A stretch of DNA of 64,000 nt from Macrostomum hystrix. Lineage: Eukaryota; Animalia; Platyhelminthes. This document shows, in pieces, positions 1-10,559 of the stretch. The stretch lies in NCBI GenBank assembly GCA_950097015.1, contig CATNEN010000038.1, positions 21,452,001 to 21,516,000 on the forward strand, read 5' to 3'. The notes under the pieces were generated by a model, which saw nothing but the letters and a program-made list of their open reading frames with translations, was not told the origin of the DNA and did not search any database. Both the position numbers and the translations under genes were made by a program. Every line of letters begins with the position of its first letter. Within the stretch, counting starts at the first letter, position 1.

Positions 1-1071
1 TTCAGCAAGTGTTTGGTGACAGTGCACCAACTGAACAGACTGTTCGAAAGTGGTTCCGGTTGTTCGCTGAAGGCAGAGAGAGCGTCGAGGACAACGAACG
101 CTCTGGAAGACCGATGACTGCCACCAACGAGACCGTGGTGAAGAAAGTGCAGGAGCTCCTGGATGATGATCGCAGACTGACTTGCGAAGAGCTGTCAGAA
201 GATATCGGAGTGTCAGTTGGCAGTGTGCACACCATTCTGACAGAGCGTCTCAACCTGCAGAAGAAATTCAGCAAGTGGGTGCCACACCTGCTGACAGGTG
301 AGCAGACGATGCAACGTGCTCTGGCCGCCACCAACCACCTGCGCCGTTTCCAGCGAGAAGGAGAGAATTTTCTTTCGAGAATCGTTGCCGGAGATGAAAC
401 ATGGGTTTATAGCTGGGATCCGGAGACAAAGGCCCAGTCTGCTGAATGGCTTCCAGCCGATTCTCCAAGGCCTCAGAAGGCCATCAGGAAGCAGGGTGCA
501 TTGAAGATCATGCACGTCATGTTTTTTGATGTCCAGGGAATTCTGCTGAACTGGGCAGTCCCACATGGAACAACTGTGAATGGGGACTATTATAGATGGA
601 TTCTGCAAGAGAAGCTGCGCCCGGCGATTCGAAAGAAGCGCCCTGGTTTGCTGGAGTCTGGTGTGATCTTGCTGCATGACAATGCGCCGGCTCATCGCAA
701 GCACAATGTTGTCGAACTCCTGAGCGGTTGGGGCTGGGAAGTGCTGCAACATCCGCCCTACTCGCCCGATTTGTCACCCTGTGACTTCTTCCTATTCCCA
801 TCTGTGAAGAAGCACCTTCGGGGCATTCGATTCGACAGCGTCGAGCACATCAAAGCTGCTTGCCAAGGTGCGGTGCGTGAAACGGACGCGAGAGGCGTGG
901 GTACTGGAATCAGAGGTCTGGTGCATCGCTGGCAGAAGTGCAAGGACATTGGCGGTGAATATGTTGAGTGACCGAATGACATTGAATGACCTAAACATGT
1001 TTTCATTGTTCCATACGTTTTTTGTTAATTTTTGCTGAGCACCGAAAAGAACTTTTTGAATGCACCTCGTA
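1..1071 (+). mobile_element. Mariner (Tc1/mariner, DD34D) DNA transposon; left end lies outside the window
   Basis: The transposase ORF is followed by a mariner-type terminus ...actttttgaatgcacctcg and TA at 1070-1071. SINE sequence resumes directly after the TA. Confidence 0.93.
3..971 (+). CDS. Mariner transposase (5'-partial, uninterrupted)
   Basis: HTH region, WVPHLL, AGDETWV, HDNAPAH and YSPDLSPCDF motifs; 34 residues between the 2nd and 3rd catalytic Asp. The frame is open to the window edge. Confidence 0.96.
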   Translation, partial: QQVFGDSAPTEQTVRKWFRLFAEGRESVEDNERSGRPMTATNETVVKKVQELLDDDRRLTCEELSEDIGVSVGSVHTILTERLNLQKKFSKWVPHLLTGEQTMQRALAATNHLRRFQREGENFLSRIVAGDETWVYSWDPETKAQSAEWLPADSPRPQKAIRKQGALKIMHVMFFDVQGILLNWAVPHGTTVNGDYYRWILQEKLRPAIRKKRPGLLESGVILLHDNAPAHRKHNVVELLSGWGWEVLQHPPYSPDLSPCDFFLFPSVKKHLRGIRFDSVEHIKAACQGAVRETDARGVGTGIRGLVHRWQKCKDIGGEYVE

Positions 1072-1240
1072 CGATGAGAAAGTCAGGGCAGGTGTACACC
1101 CCAGTGTGAGTGTGTGCCTGCGTACAGTATCTGTGTGCGTGTGTGCTCAGGAGTCAGCGAAATGGGCAGAATTGCCTCCTCGCTGGCTGCGGGTCTAGTG
1201 ACACCAAATGATGTGCCATTGCCCGCAGCCCTCCTGCAAT
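1072..1240 (+). mobile_element. tRNA-derived SINE family A, 3' part (interrupted by the mariner)
   Basis: Near-identical to copies at ~7005-7160, 8505-8640 (-) and 27720-27862; ends ggctgcggg...cccgcagccctcctgcaat. Confidence 0.85.
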
Positions 1241-1294
1241 TACTTATTACACCTTATACACCTTAGTTTATCAATTAAGTTGTATCATCCTCAC

Positions 1295-1569
1295 CGGGTA
1301 TGCTTGGTGACAGCTGCGACTGCCTTGCTTGCATCGGCGCCTTCTTCCTTGAAGCTGACATCTGCAGCAGCCGCCGCCAAGCTAGCCAGACGGCGACGAA
1401 ATTCGGCCAACAGCCGGCGATAATCTCGCGACTGCCTATCTACTCTATGGTCTAAATCAGTCTCCTGTGAGGAGCCTATGAGACTATGCTCAGGCCTTAA
1501 GCTGAGCAAATTCATCGACTGGACCATCAGCGGCAAGCTGAGACCAGAATTCTCATTTCCAGACGACAT
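1295..1569 (-). CDS. Probable first coding exon of an unidentified gene continuing leftwards
   Basis: GC-rich open frame (MSSGNENSG...DYRRLLAEFRRRLASL...) ending at a G|GTGAG donor, with a pyrimidine-rich acceptor shortly before the ATG. No family recognised. Confidence 0.4.
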
Positions 1570-2838
1570 ACGAGCTCGAGTAGAAGAAATAAAAATTCTG
1601 TCTTTTTTGGCCTCTGTCCTATGGAACATCTATCTCTATATATAGTGTTTGTGTGTGAGCCTTTGAGCAGTTAGCTAATTTTTTTAATTAATACTCTTTT
1701 TCTCAGGTGCATCCTAGCATCCTCCAATCCCATTTGCTTTCTCTAGCTCATTGGAACCGCTCATGGTGTGTGTGTGTGTTTTTCTAGTTAAAATGAACGT
1801 AAATACACTATACTCTTGTCTTTTCTTCCTCTCTCTCTCTCTCCCTCATCGCCTATGCCTGTTAAGCCTAATATCATTCTTCCTAACCAATAGGTATGGG
1901 ATCTTTTCAACCAAATGGAAGCGGCTTACTTAATTGCTTGCGTAGATTGTAATGGGCTAATTTTACATTTGCATTTTAAATGCATTCTCGCTATATAGAA
2001 GAAACAGTTACGTGGAAAAAAACTGTTAAAACTAGTTAAAACTAAAGACATCAAAGCCTGACTATAGGTTGAAAATGAAGGACAATCTAGGCCTATAAAG
2101 TACAGCCCTCATCATTTTCTATGAGAATAAATTATCTGTTTAACAGTATAGAAAAACCAGGCTATTTTTCACCACGGGAATATTTCAAATACCCACTGCC
2201 TATATAAATAATTAAAAGAAAAGAAATAAAAAATATAAAAAACTAAAAATATCATGAACAATGAACAATATAGTCGTTACTACATGAAATCTTGTGTGCA
2301 GAAAAATTGCGTCACCATGCGACTCCCTGACGAGAATTGTTGAGTATCTCGACGATACCGATGTTGAATATTGAATATTTTAGGAGATACAGAAAAATAT
2401 GTGAAAGAGATTGGCACATATTAGTCTAGCAAACAAACGTTAATTATTTTGTTAGAACTACGTTTAATACGTTTAATCACTATTATTAATTAAGTGTTAT
2501 AAACTGATCGAAAAGTACAAGTACCTGGATAGCAGTACGGAATCGCATCGTTTTCTAATCTCCTCGATCTCAGACTCAAATATTGCGTCCTTATCGGAGG
2601 CTAGTAGTGATCTCAGGCCTGCGTGCATGGTTGTCAAATCAGTAATTGCCGATCGGACCATAGACAATTTGTGACAACGGTGTCTTTAGTAAAATTTAAT
2701 TCAAAATTGCATATTTCATAATAGAATCTACACAACAAGGTCATCAAGAAGATAGTCTTAAGTGTGCATGCATTCTGTGCTTGATTTAGTTATAAAAGTG
2801 AGTGCTTTCGTGCAAAAGGATTCTTTACGACCGTAACA

Positions 2839-4098
2839 CTCTCCTCACACCGTCTCTAGGGTTGCCTCACTATCCTCACACCGTCTCTAGGGTTGCCTCA
2901 CTATCCTCACACCGTCTATAGGGTTGCCTCACTATCCTCACACCGTCTCTAGGGTTGCCTCACTATCCTCACACCGTCTCTAGGGTTGCCTCACTATCCT
3001 CACACCGTCTCTAGGGTTGCCTCACTATCCTCACACCGTCTCTAGGGTTGCCTCACTATCCTCACACCGTCTCTAGGGTTGCCTCACTATCCTCACACCG
3101 TCTCTAGGGTTGCCTCACTATCCTCACACCGTCTCTAGGGTTGCCTCACTATCCTCACACCGTCTCTAGGGTTGCCTCACTATCCCTCACACTCTCTAGA
3201 GTTGCCTCACTATCCTCACACCGTCTCTAGGGTTGCCTCACTATCCTCACACCGTCTCTAGGGTTGCCTCACTATCCTCACACCGTCTATAGGGTTGCCT
3301 CACTATCCTCACACCGTCTCTAGGGTTGCCTCACTATCCTCACACCGTCTATAGGGTTGCCTCACTATCCTCACACCGTCTCTAGGGTTGCCTCACTATC
3401 CTCACACCGTCTCTAGGGTTGCCTCACTATCCTCACACCGTCTCTAGGGTTGCCTCACTATCCTCACACCGTCTCTAGGGTTGCCTCACTATCCCTCACA
3501 CTCTCTAGAGTTGCCTCACTATCCTCACACCGTCTCTAGGGTTGCCTCACTATCCTCACACCGTCTCTAGGGTTGCCTCACTATCCTCACACCGTCTCTA
3601 GGAATGCCTCACTATCCTCACACCGTCTCTAGGAATGCCTCACTATCCTCACACCGTCTCTAGGGTTGCCACACTATCCTCACACCGTCTCTAGGAATGC
3701 CTCACTATCCTCACACCGTCTCTAGGGTTGCCACACTCTCCTCACACCGTCTCTAGGGTTGCCACACTATCCTCACACCGTCTCTAGGGTTGCCTCACTA
3801 TCCTCACACCGTCTCTAGGGTTGCCTCACTATCCTCACACCGTCTCTAGGGTTGCCTCACTATCCTCACACCGTCTCTAGGAATGCCTCACTATCCTCAC
3901 ACCGTCTCTAGGGTTGCCACACTATCCTCACACCGTCTCTAGGAATGCCTCACTATCCTCACACCGTCTCTAGGGTTGCCACACTCTCCTCACACCGTCT
4001 CTAGGGTTGCCACACTATCCTCACACCGTCTCTAGGGTTGCCACACTATCCTCACACCGTCTCTAGGGTTGCCACACTCTCCTGACACTGTCTCTAGT
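2839..4098. repeat. 31-bp minisatellite (ctatcctcacaccgtctctagggttgcctca)n
   Basis: Direct tandem array of about 40 units with clustered variants. Confidence 0.95.
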
Positions 4099-4491
4099 GC
4101 TATCAAATTGAGCTGTCTTGAAAGTGACATTGCGAAATAAATAGAAAATGTGTCCGAAGTGCTATACAATACTCACGCTGAAGCAAAAAATAATGAAAAG
4201 CTATAAAGCTATGGGCGCACACTCAAATCACGATGAAAATCTTCGCTCATAACTCTATGGCTAGCTTGCATGCATTTTAAGAAATAACATTATATTTTGT
4301 AAACGCTACTATACGGGTAGATGTGCATTTTTTTCTAAAATATCGCATGCCATTACTTACGAAATAGTCCTTCAATTTGTTATACTACACTTGATTTCGA
4401 AGGAAACCACATTGGCGCTGTTTTAATGATAAGAGAGGTCTGCACTTTACACGCATGAAAACAAGACCGGAATAATCCTGTCTTACTACTT

Positions 4492-4791
4492 CTAGTAGAC
4501 TAATCTGAGCTCACTTCTGTCCGGCGCTGGCGGTGGTAGCAGTCGCGGCCGTCTGCCGCTGTTGGCCATGGCAGCCTGCTGTCCGTAGCCGCCGTTAAAG
4601 AGCAGCAGCCGGTGCTGCTGAAGCCGGTCGGTATCTATCGGGTCCTGGCTAGCTCTTACGCTGGGATCTCCGTTGATATTAGAAGAAGCTTTGCGATCTG
4701 GCCGGTCAGAAGGGCGCTCCATGCGCACGGTGACGAGGGTGGCGCGCAGCTGCGTCCTGATTGGCTGCTGCGCCTCGTCCGTCTGGTCGTT
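4492..4791 (-). CDS. Possible terminal exon of the PLAT-domain gene (frame uncertain)
   Basis: GC-rich segment preceded by a tttcag acceptor; more than one frame/junction is possible. Confidence 0.35.
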   Translation of the reverse strand, partial: NDQTDEAQQPIRTQLRATLVTVRMERPSDRPDRKASSNINGDPSVRASQDPIDTDRLQQHRLLLFNGGYGQQAAMANSGRRPRLLPPPAPDRSELRLVY

Positions 4792-4924
4792 CTGAAAGTT
4801 TCATGTTGACACATTCATTTACCGTAGGACACCTCGACGTGGCTACAAAAATTAGCAAAGTTTGTAAATAATACTAATCTGGGTTCAGACGTATCAAAGC
4901 GTCATCTCATCTACCAATCTGTTG

Positions 4925-5465
4925 GATTGGTGGTGGCACGGAGTGAGATGGCTGTGTTTTTTCTGATTGGTCGGGCACGGATTGAGATGACTGTGTTGTA
5001 GGATTGGTGGCGCACGGAGTGAGGTGGCTGTGTTTGTAGGTTACCCGTCCTACGGAATTGTTTGGATTGGTGGGACAGGGAGTGGGGTGACTGCGTTTGT
5101 AGGTTATCTGTCCTACGGAATTCTTGGATTGGTTGGGCAAGGAGTGGGGTGACTGTGTTTGTAGGTTACCTGTCCTACGGAATTGTTTGGATTGGTGGGA
5201 CAGGGAGTGAGGTGACTGTGTTTGTAGGTTATCTGTCCTACGGAATTCTTGGATTGGTTGGGCAAGGAGTGGGGTGACTGTGTTTGTAGGTTACCTGTCC
5301 TACGGAATTCTTGGATTGGTTGGGCAAGGAGTGGGGTGACTGTGTTTGTAGGTTATCTGTCCTACGGAATTCTTGGATTGGTTGGGCAAGGAGTGGGGTG
5401 GCTGTGTTTGTAGTTTATCTGTCCTACAGAATCGTTGGGCTGTTGGGGCAGGGAAAGAGGTGGCT
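4925..5465. repeat. ~62-bp tandem repeat
   Basis: Units of gtgactgtgtttgtaggttatctgtcctacggaattcttggattggttgggcaaggagtggg. Confidence 0.9.
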
Positions 5466-6337
5466 GCGTTAAACGTTATATTATCCAAAAACTAAAACAA
5501 TTCAATGGTTCTCCAAAAAGCTAGTGTAATATTTGATTGAATATTTATCTGCTGTCACGTGTATCACTAAATAGCAAGAACACAACAGCCGTGAAAGAGA
5601 AAATAATGCCAGAAAAGTTAACGACTTCAGCAGCGTTTATAATATAGGAAAAAAGAATACAGAATTCGATTGTTTCAGTAATCAGATAAAAAACTGACAG
5701 ATTACAGTTTAACGTTTGAGGCAGAATAATTTAAGTACAATTCTGCAGACTTGAAAATAAAAAGCACAAAATGTCTCAGCAAGAAAAAAATCTTGAAATA
5801 AGAAAACTTCTTTGATTTTTTCGGAAGGCATTAGCGACAGCCGTATGAGGGGTGTTACAGAGAATATTCTTGAAACATCAATAAACTGTCAATAAAAACT
5901 GTAAAAAGTAACATAAGAAGATGCGAGTAGAAACGGCGGAATTATAATTTCCATGAAAAGAGGTTTCTTAGAACGAATACCAATTATAAAACGGGGGTCG
6001 CTTTGTTATAAAACCAGAGAAAAAAATAAATAAGGTCATGAAATAGATGCTCAGAGATTCTTAAAAACTGGTTTGTCTATCCTGTTGAGTTGCTCGTACA
6101 AATCTTATTGCTGACTTAAAATATTTTCATTTTTTTAAACGAGCTACAATTTTGCAATCTATACCAAACTCAGCGACGTCCCTTAACAAATTTCTGACAA
6201 TCCCAGTGAGGACGTGTGGTCCCTCAATCAATCATCTAATAACAGACTGTGGTCCATATAGTAACAAACTTTATATACTTATTCACTACTTACAAGTAGG
6301 CCTAAAAGAAAACTGTCAATAAAATCTACCGTTTTAC

Positions 6338-9315
6338 TCGTAATTTTCTTCGCTGTGCACTGAATCAACGTCGACTTCTTCTTGGTCGGCAGCTTCAACG
6401 CTGCGTAGCCAACGTGCTGTACGCCTGTCTATAGACTTGGCACTTAGCCAGGAATTGCAGGGAAATTTCCATTTTTCGCCGCTAGGCCCAACGACGTCCA
6501 CCGACTCCAGAAACCAGTGCGAGTAAGCGTCGTCGACCAGGTGCTCAACTTTGATGCAACGCAGTCTACCAACATTTGGCTGGCTAATAAGCACGAATTT
6601 GTCCGTGCGACCGCGAGCGAACTGGCGTCGATGCGTCAGGCTGTTGGAGAGGCCTGCAGGCTGCAAGAAATCGCTTGGAGAAAATTAGCTTCATGTTAGA
6701 CGTAAAACGCGTTCAGTAAAGTTCTGCTTAGTTAGGAATGGTAGAGAGGACTTCGCACCTCGCAACAACGTCATTGAGCTCGAACGTCATCCAAGGCGAG
6801 GTCACATTAAATGGTCTTGTCGTGCAATTCACGCCCTTGAGGACCAACCACCACGGCACATTGAAAGTATGCACTGCCAGACGAAGAAAAATTCAGTGCT
6901 AATCTACACACCGGTGTGAGTGTGTACCTGCGTACAGTATATGAGTACGTAGAGTCAGCGCAATTGGCAAACTTCAAAGGCACAGTGAGAGTGTACACTG
7001 CCTGACGATGAGAAAGTCAGGGCAGATGTACACCCCAGTGTGAGTGTGTGCCTGCTTGCAGTAACTGTGTGCGTGTGTGCTCAGGAGTCAGCGAAATGGG
7101 CAGAATTGCCTCCTCGCTGGCTGCAGTTCTAGTGTCACCGAATGATGTGCCATTGCCCGCACATCGTAATTTTCTTCGCTGTGCACTGAATCAACGTTGA
7201 CTTCTTCTTGGTCGGCAGCTTCAACGCAGCCTCGTTGAACAACCAACCTCTATATAGGGTGCAGCCTCGTACAGAAAATCGAAGCAGATGACACTGGCTG
7301 CGGGTCTAGTGTCACCAATGGATGTGCCATTGCCCGCAGCCCTCTTGCAAATACTAGAATAATATTATGACTATGGCTTCTAAAACGTGCTCAAATGTTT
7401 TCTATACTCATTTTCCCCTAATAACAATAATTGCAGGAGGGCAGTGGGCTATGACACATCATTTTGCCCATTTCGCTGACACACGAACTCAGATACCGTA
7501 CGCAGGCACACGCTCACAGTCAGGGCAGGTGTGATCTGCCCTGACTTTCTCATCGTCAGGCAGTGTACACTTCACTATGCCCTGGAGGTTGGCCCTCAAG
7601 GGCGTAAATTGCACGACAAGCCCCCAAGCCTTCAAACACCCCAAATGAATGTGGCCTCGCCGCGAAATCGAGCTTAGGGACCTTGGTGCGAGAGGCAAAC
7701 GAGTTATTCGCTATGCCACCTACCCCCTACTCATTCTTCCCTTTCTATCCCTAACTTTTTTCTTTCTTCTAATCTTTTCTCGAAGTTCTTCTATTCTAAT
7801 CTGAAGCCCGACGCCCACATACCTGCGATGCGCCCCGATCGCCGCACAATGTCAGCCGCACCGGATGTCGCGTACCAGCTCCAACTCGATCGCCTGTCGT
7901 CACGCTGACGATGTACTCGTAACAATGCGGACCCGGCGCTAGCTTGGTCAAGTCTGGAAAATCTTCGTCTTCATCATCGCCGTAGGATTGCGATGGCGAT
8001 TCTTCAGATGCTTCTAAAAATGATCCTTCTATGGGAGCAGCGACTGTATGCACAACCTGCGGCTCTGCAGCAATGACTTCATTCAAAACATCGTCGTCCT
8101 TGCTACCATCCGCGACAGTCTTACTATCGCTTACTCCATGGCCGTCGTCCTGAGCGGGTCCGTCATTAAGGGCCAATTTTAATTTCGTCGACGATTTATC
8201 GTCCATTTTATCATCGTTCTTTTCGTCGACTCGTTTAGATTCGTTCTCGTTAATTCGCTGATCATCTGCAGCGGTTGTTTTGGTTGCGCTGCTATCGTTA
8301 TCATCGCCTGAGGCCAGGTAGGTGAGAATTTCTCCGGTGTTGCGCACCAGCGTGTCTCGCTCTCGCCGGCTGCACGGAATCGGCGGAGCGGCCCGTAGAA
8401 AACTGGCACCGCCTGTTTAGTAAAACAAAAATTGAAGCCTCGATTGCTAATCTCACTTAGTAAAATTGACAAGTTTCTAGGGGCTTAAAAATTGTCTAAA
8501 TGAATTTGGCCTCGCCAAATTCTGCCCATTTCGCTGACTCCTGAGCACACACGCACACAGATACTGTACGCAGGCACACACTCACACTGGGGTGTACATC
8601 TGCCCTGACTTTCTCATCGTAAGGCAGTGTACACTCTAACTGTGCCTTTGAAGTTTGCCCATTAAGGGCGTAAAGTGCACGACAAGCCCCCAAGCCTTCC
8701 CTCTGCGGCTGCACCCCAAATTAATGTGGCCTCGCCGCGAAATCGAGCCTAGGGACCTTATTGCGAGAGGCAAACGAGTTAGCCCCTCTGCTACAAACCC
8801 CCAATTCATTCGGGGTGCAGCCTCGTACAGAAAATCTAAGCAGATGACCCCCATTTTAACAAAAAAAATTATAGCGAGAAAAATAATGTACCTCCGCGAA
8901 GCGGTGACTTGGCTCTGTACTGCGGCAGAACCAGTGGCCTCTGTTTGCCCAGCCCGGCTTCGATGCGTCTAGCATAGCTAGCCGCACTTGCTGCCGTCCG
9001 ATCGCTGTTTGCGCCGCGCCGGCTGTCGGCCTCGGCATCGCCATCCTCTTCCTCGTCGTTCTCTGTTTCTTTGCCGTCTTCGTCTGGATGCATTCGTCGC
9101 AGCCGGGCTCGCAAGCGCCGATCGCTGAACTGATGCTTTAACGGCTTGTCGTGCAGCCGGCGCGCGCTAATTAAACTGCCTGATGCGTCCCACAGCGGAG
9201 GATGCAGTGGCGCGGGATTTGTGACGCCAGACTGATCGAAGCCGTCTTCAAGGCGTTGCACGCGCAGATAGTGATCCAACTGGCGAGATACAGCGCGAAC
9301 AATCTCCTTGGACAT
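6338..9315 (-). CDS. PLAT/LH2-domain protein; exons 9315-8892, 8412-7823, 6660-6338
   Basis: In-frame GT-AG joins. The PLAT domain is split over exons 2/3: YIVSVTTGDRVGAGT..VRLTLCGDRG / QFARGRTDKF...VGRLRCIKVEH...WFLESVDV...KFPCNSWL. Confidence 0.8.
6735..7350 (+). mobile_element. SINE family A, rearranged copy with internal duplication and inserted local sequence
   Basis: Degenerate tRNA-like head, duplicated core, and a 3' end present twice (~7117-7160 and ~7294-7350). Confidence 0.75.
7430..7725 (-). mobile_element. SINE family A
   Basis: Reverse-complement match to the 27545-27862 copy. Confidence 0.8.
8505..8800 (-). mobile_element. SINE family A
   Basis: Reverse-complement match to other copies; carries ccTTAcgatgag, the empty form of the mariner insertion site. 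Confidence 0.8.
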
Positions 9316-10559
9316 TTTTTGGGCTATTCGAGCGTTGGACTTAGATCGCTAGATAGCTGGAAAGTTTTACGGATCTTAATTGAAAAATGTCGCTATATTA
9401 TTTTTCTTTTAGATATTCAAATAAAAGTAGTATACATTTTCATATTATTTCTTTAATATAGCTTTTAAAGCTTTAGTACAGAAATATAACTTTTTTCCTG
9501 ATGTTGTAGAGAGTTTCGAAAGTCGCTCACTGAGGTTATTTCTAAAATTCTCCTTAATTTAGAGTTTCTCCCCAAAAAATGAGAAAAATATCATAATTAT
9601 CACTATAAATGACTATACTGCATGCCGTTATAATTGCTAAGGCATAACTTACGAATTCGTACTTCGTACGAATTATATTCATCTGGAGTTATTAAATACA
9701 AATTATATATACATAAATAAAGTACACCACTGACCTCTTTGTCATGCAAAGTTAGCATTTAAGTTATATTATATTTACAATATGAGAGACATGTGACATG
9801 AGTTTAGCCGTTAGTTGATTTCAATGACTCTTACTCAATGGATTTCAATAAGTTACTTACTTACTCAATAAGTTACATGGATTTTTCGGCGATATCCATT
9901 ATCATAATATCTAAAATATGCTATCATGTATTTTAATAAGTTAATTTATAACAAAAAATCATTGTTGCCTTAAACATATATAGCTTAATCAATGACCTTT
10001 ACTCCCCCACAATGTAATAAAACATTAGTTTTGCTCAGAGTCAGAGCCCTCAGAACAATACAAAAAAGGGTATAAAAAGTTGTAAATAGTTATACATAAA
10101 GGGACCAAAACAGCTAAAGCTGGAAATTTTAAGGTTCAGGCTTAGCAGACTTAGGTTATGTTTAATGTTGGTTTTCGATTTCGTTGCCTTCTTTATCTTC
10201 GATCTAAAAAATTACTTGCGCAGCAGCAACTGAAAAGTAAAGCCAACGCGATATTTGATTTTAAAAGATTTAATGCCCACACGCTGGTATCTCTAAGTTT
10301 TGTTGTTTTTTAAATGGAGACATTCTTTTTTGCAATTTGAATAGGCTAATTAACGAATAAAACATAAAGCTTTTGTTGTACCTTTTTCCATCCGACGAGT
10401 AAATTCAAAATTTAATGCCGCTTCTCACGAAACAGCACGCGTTGTAACTTGTAATCGCTACTGTATTTTCCTATTGAATTTGACTTAGTTGTCCTGGTTC
10501 TTATCAGTTACTTGCAACTTGCAATACCTAATTATCGCAGACTAGGTATTCGATTTGAA

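Noticed and set aside
2839-4098. CRISPR-like appearance of ~30-bp repeats
   Set aside because: Units are head-to-tail with no unique spacers, there are no cas genes, and the context is eukaryotic.
7008-7025. Hammerhead ribozyme in the SINE (ctgacgatgagaaagtcag)
   Set aside because: It forms a simple hairpin; there is no stem II between a CUGANGA and GAAA core and no matching stems I/III.
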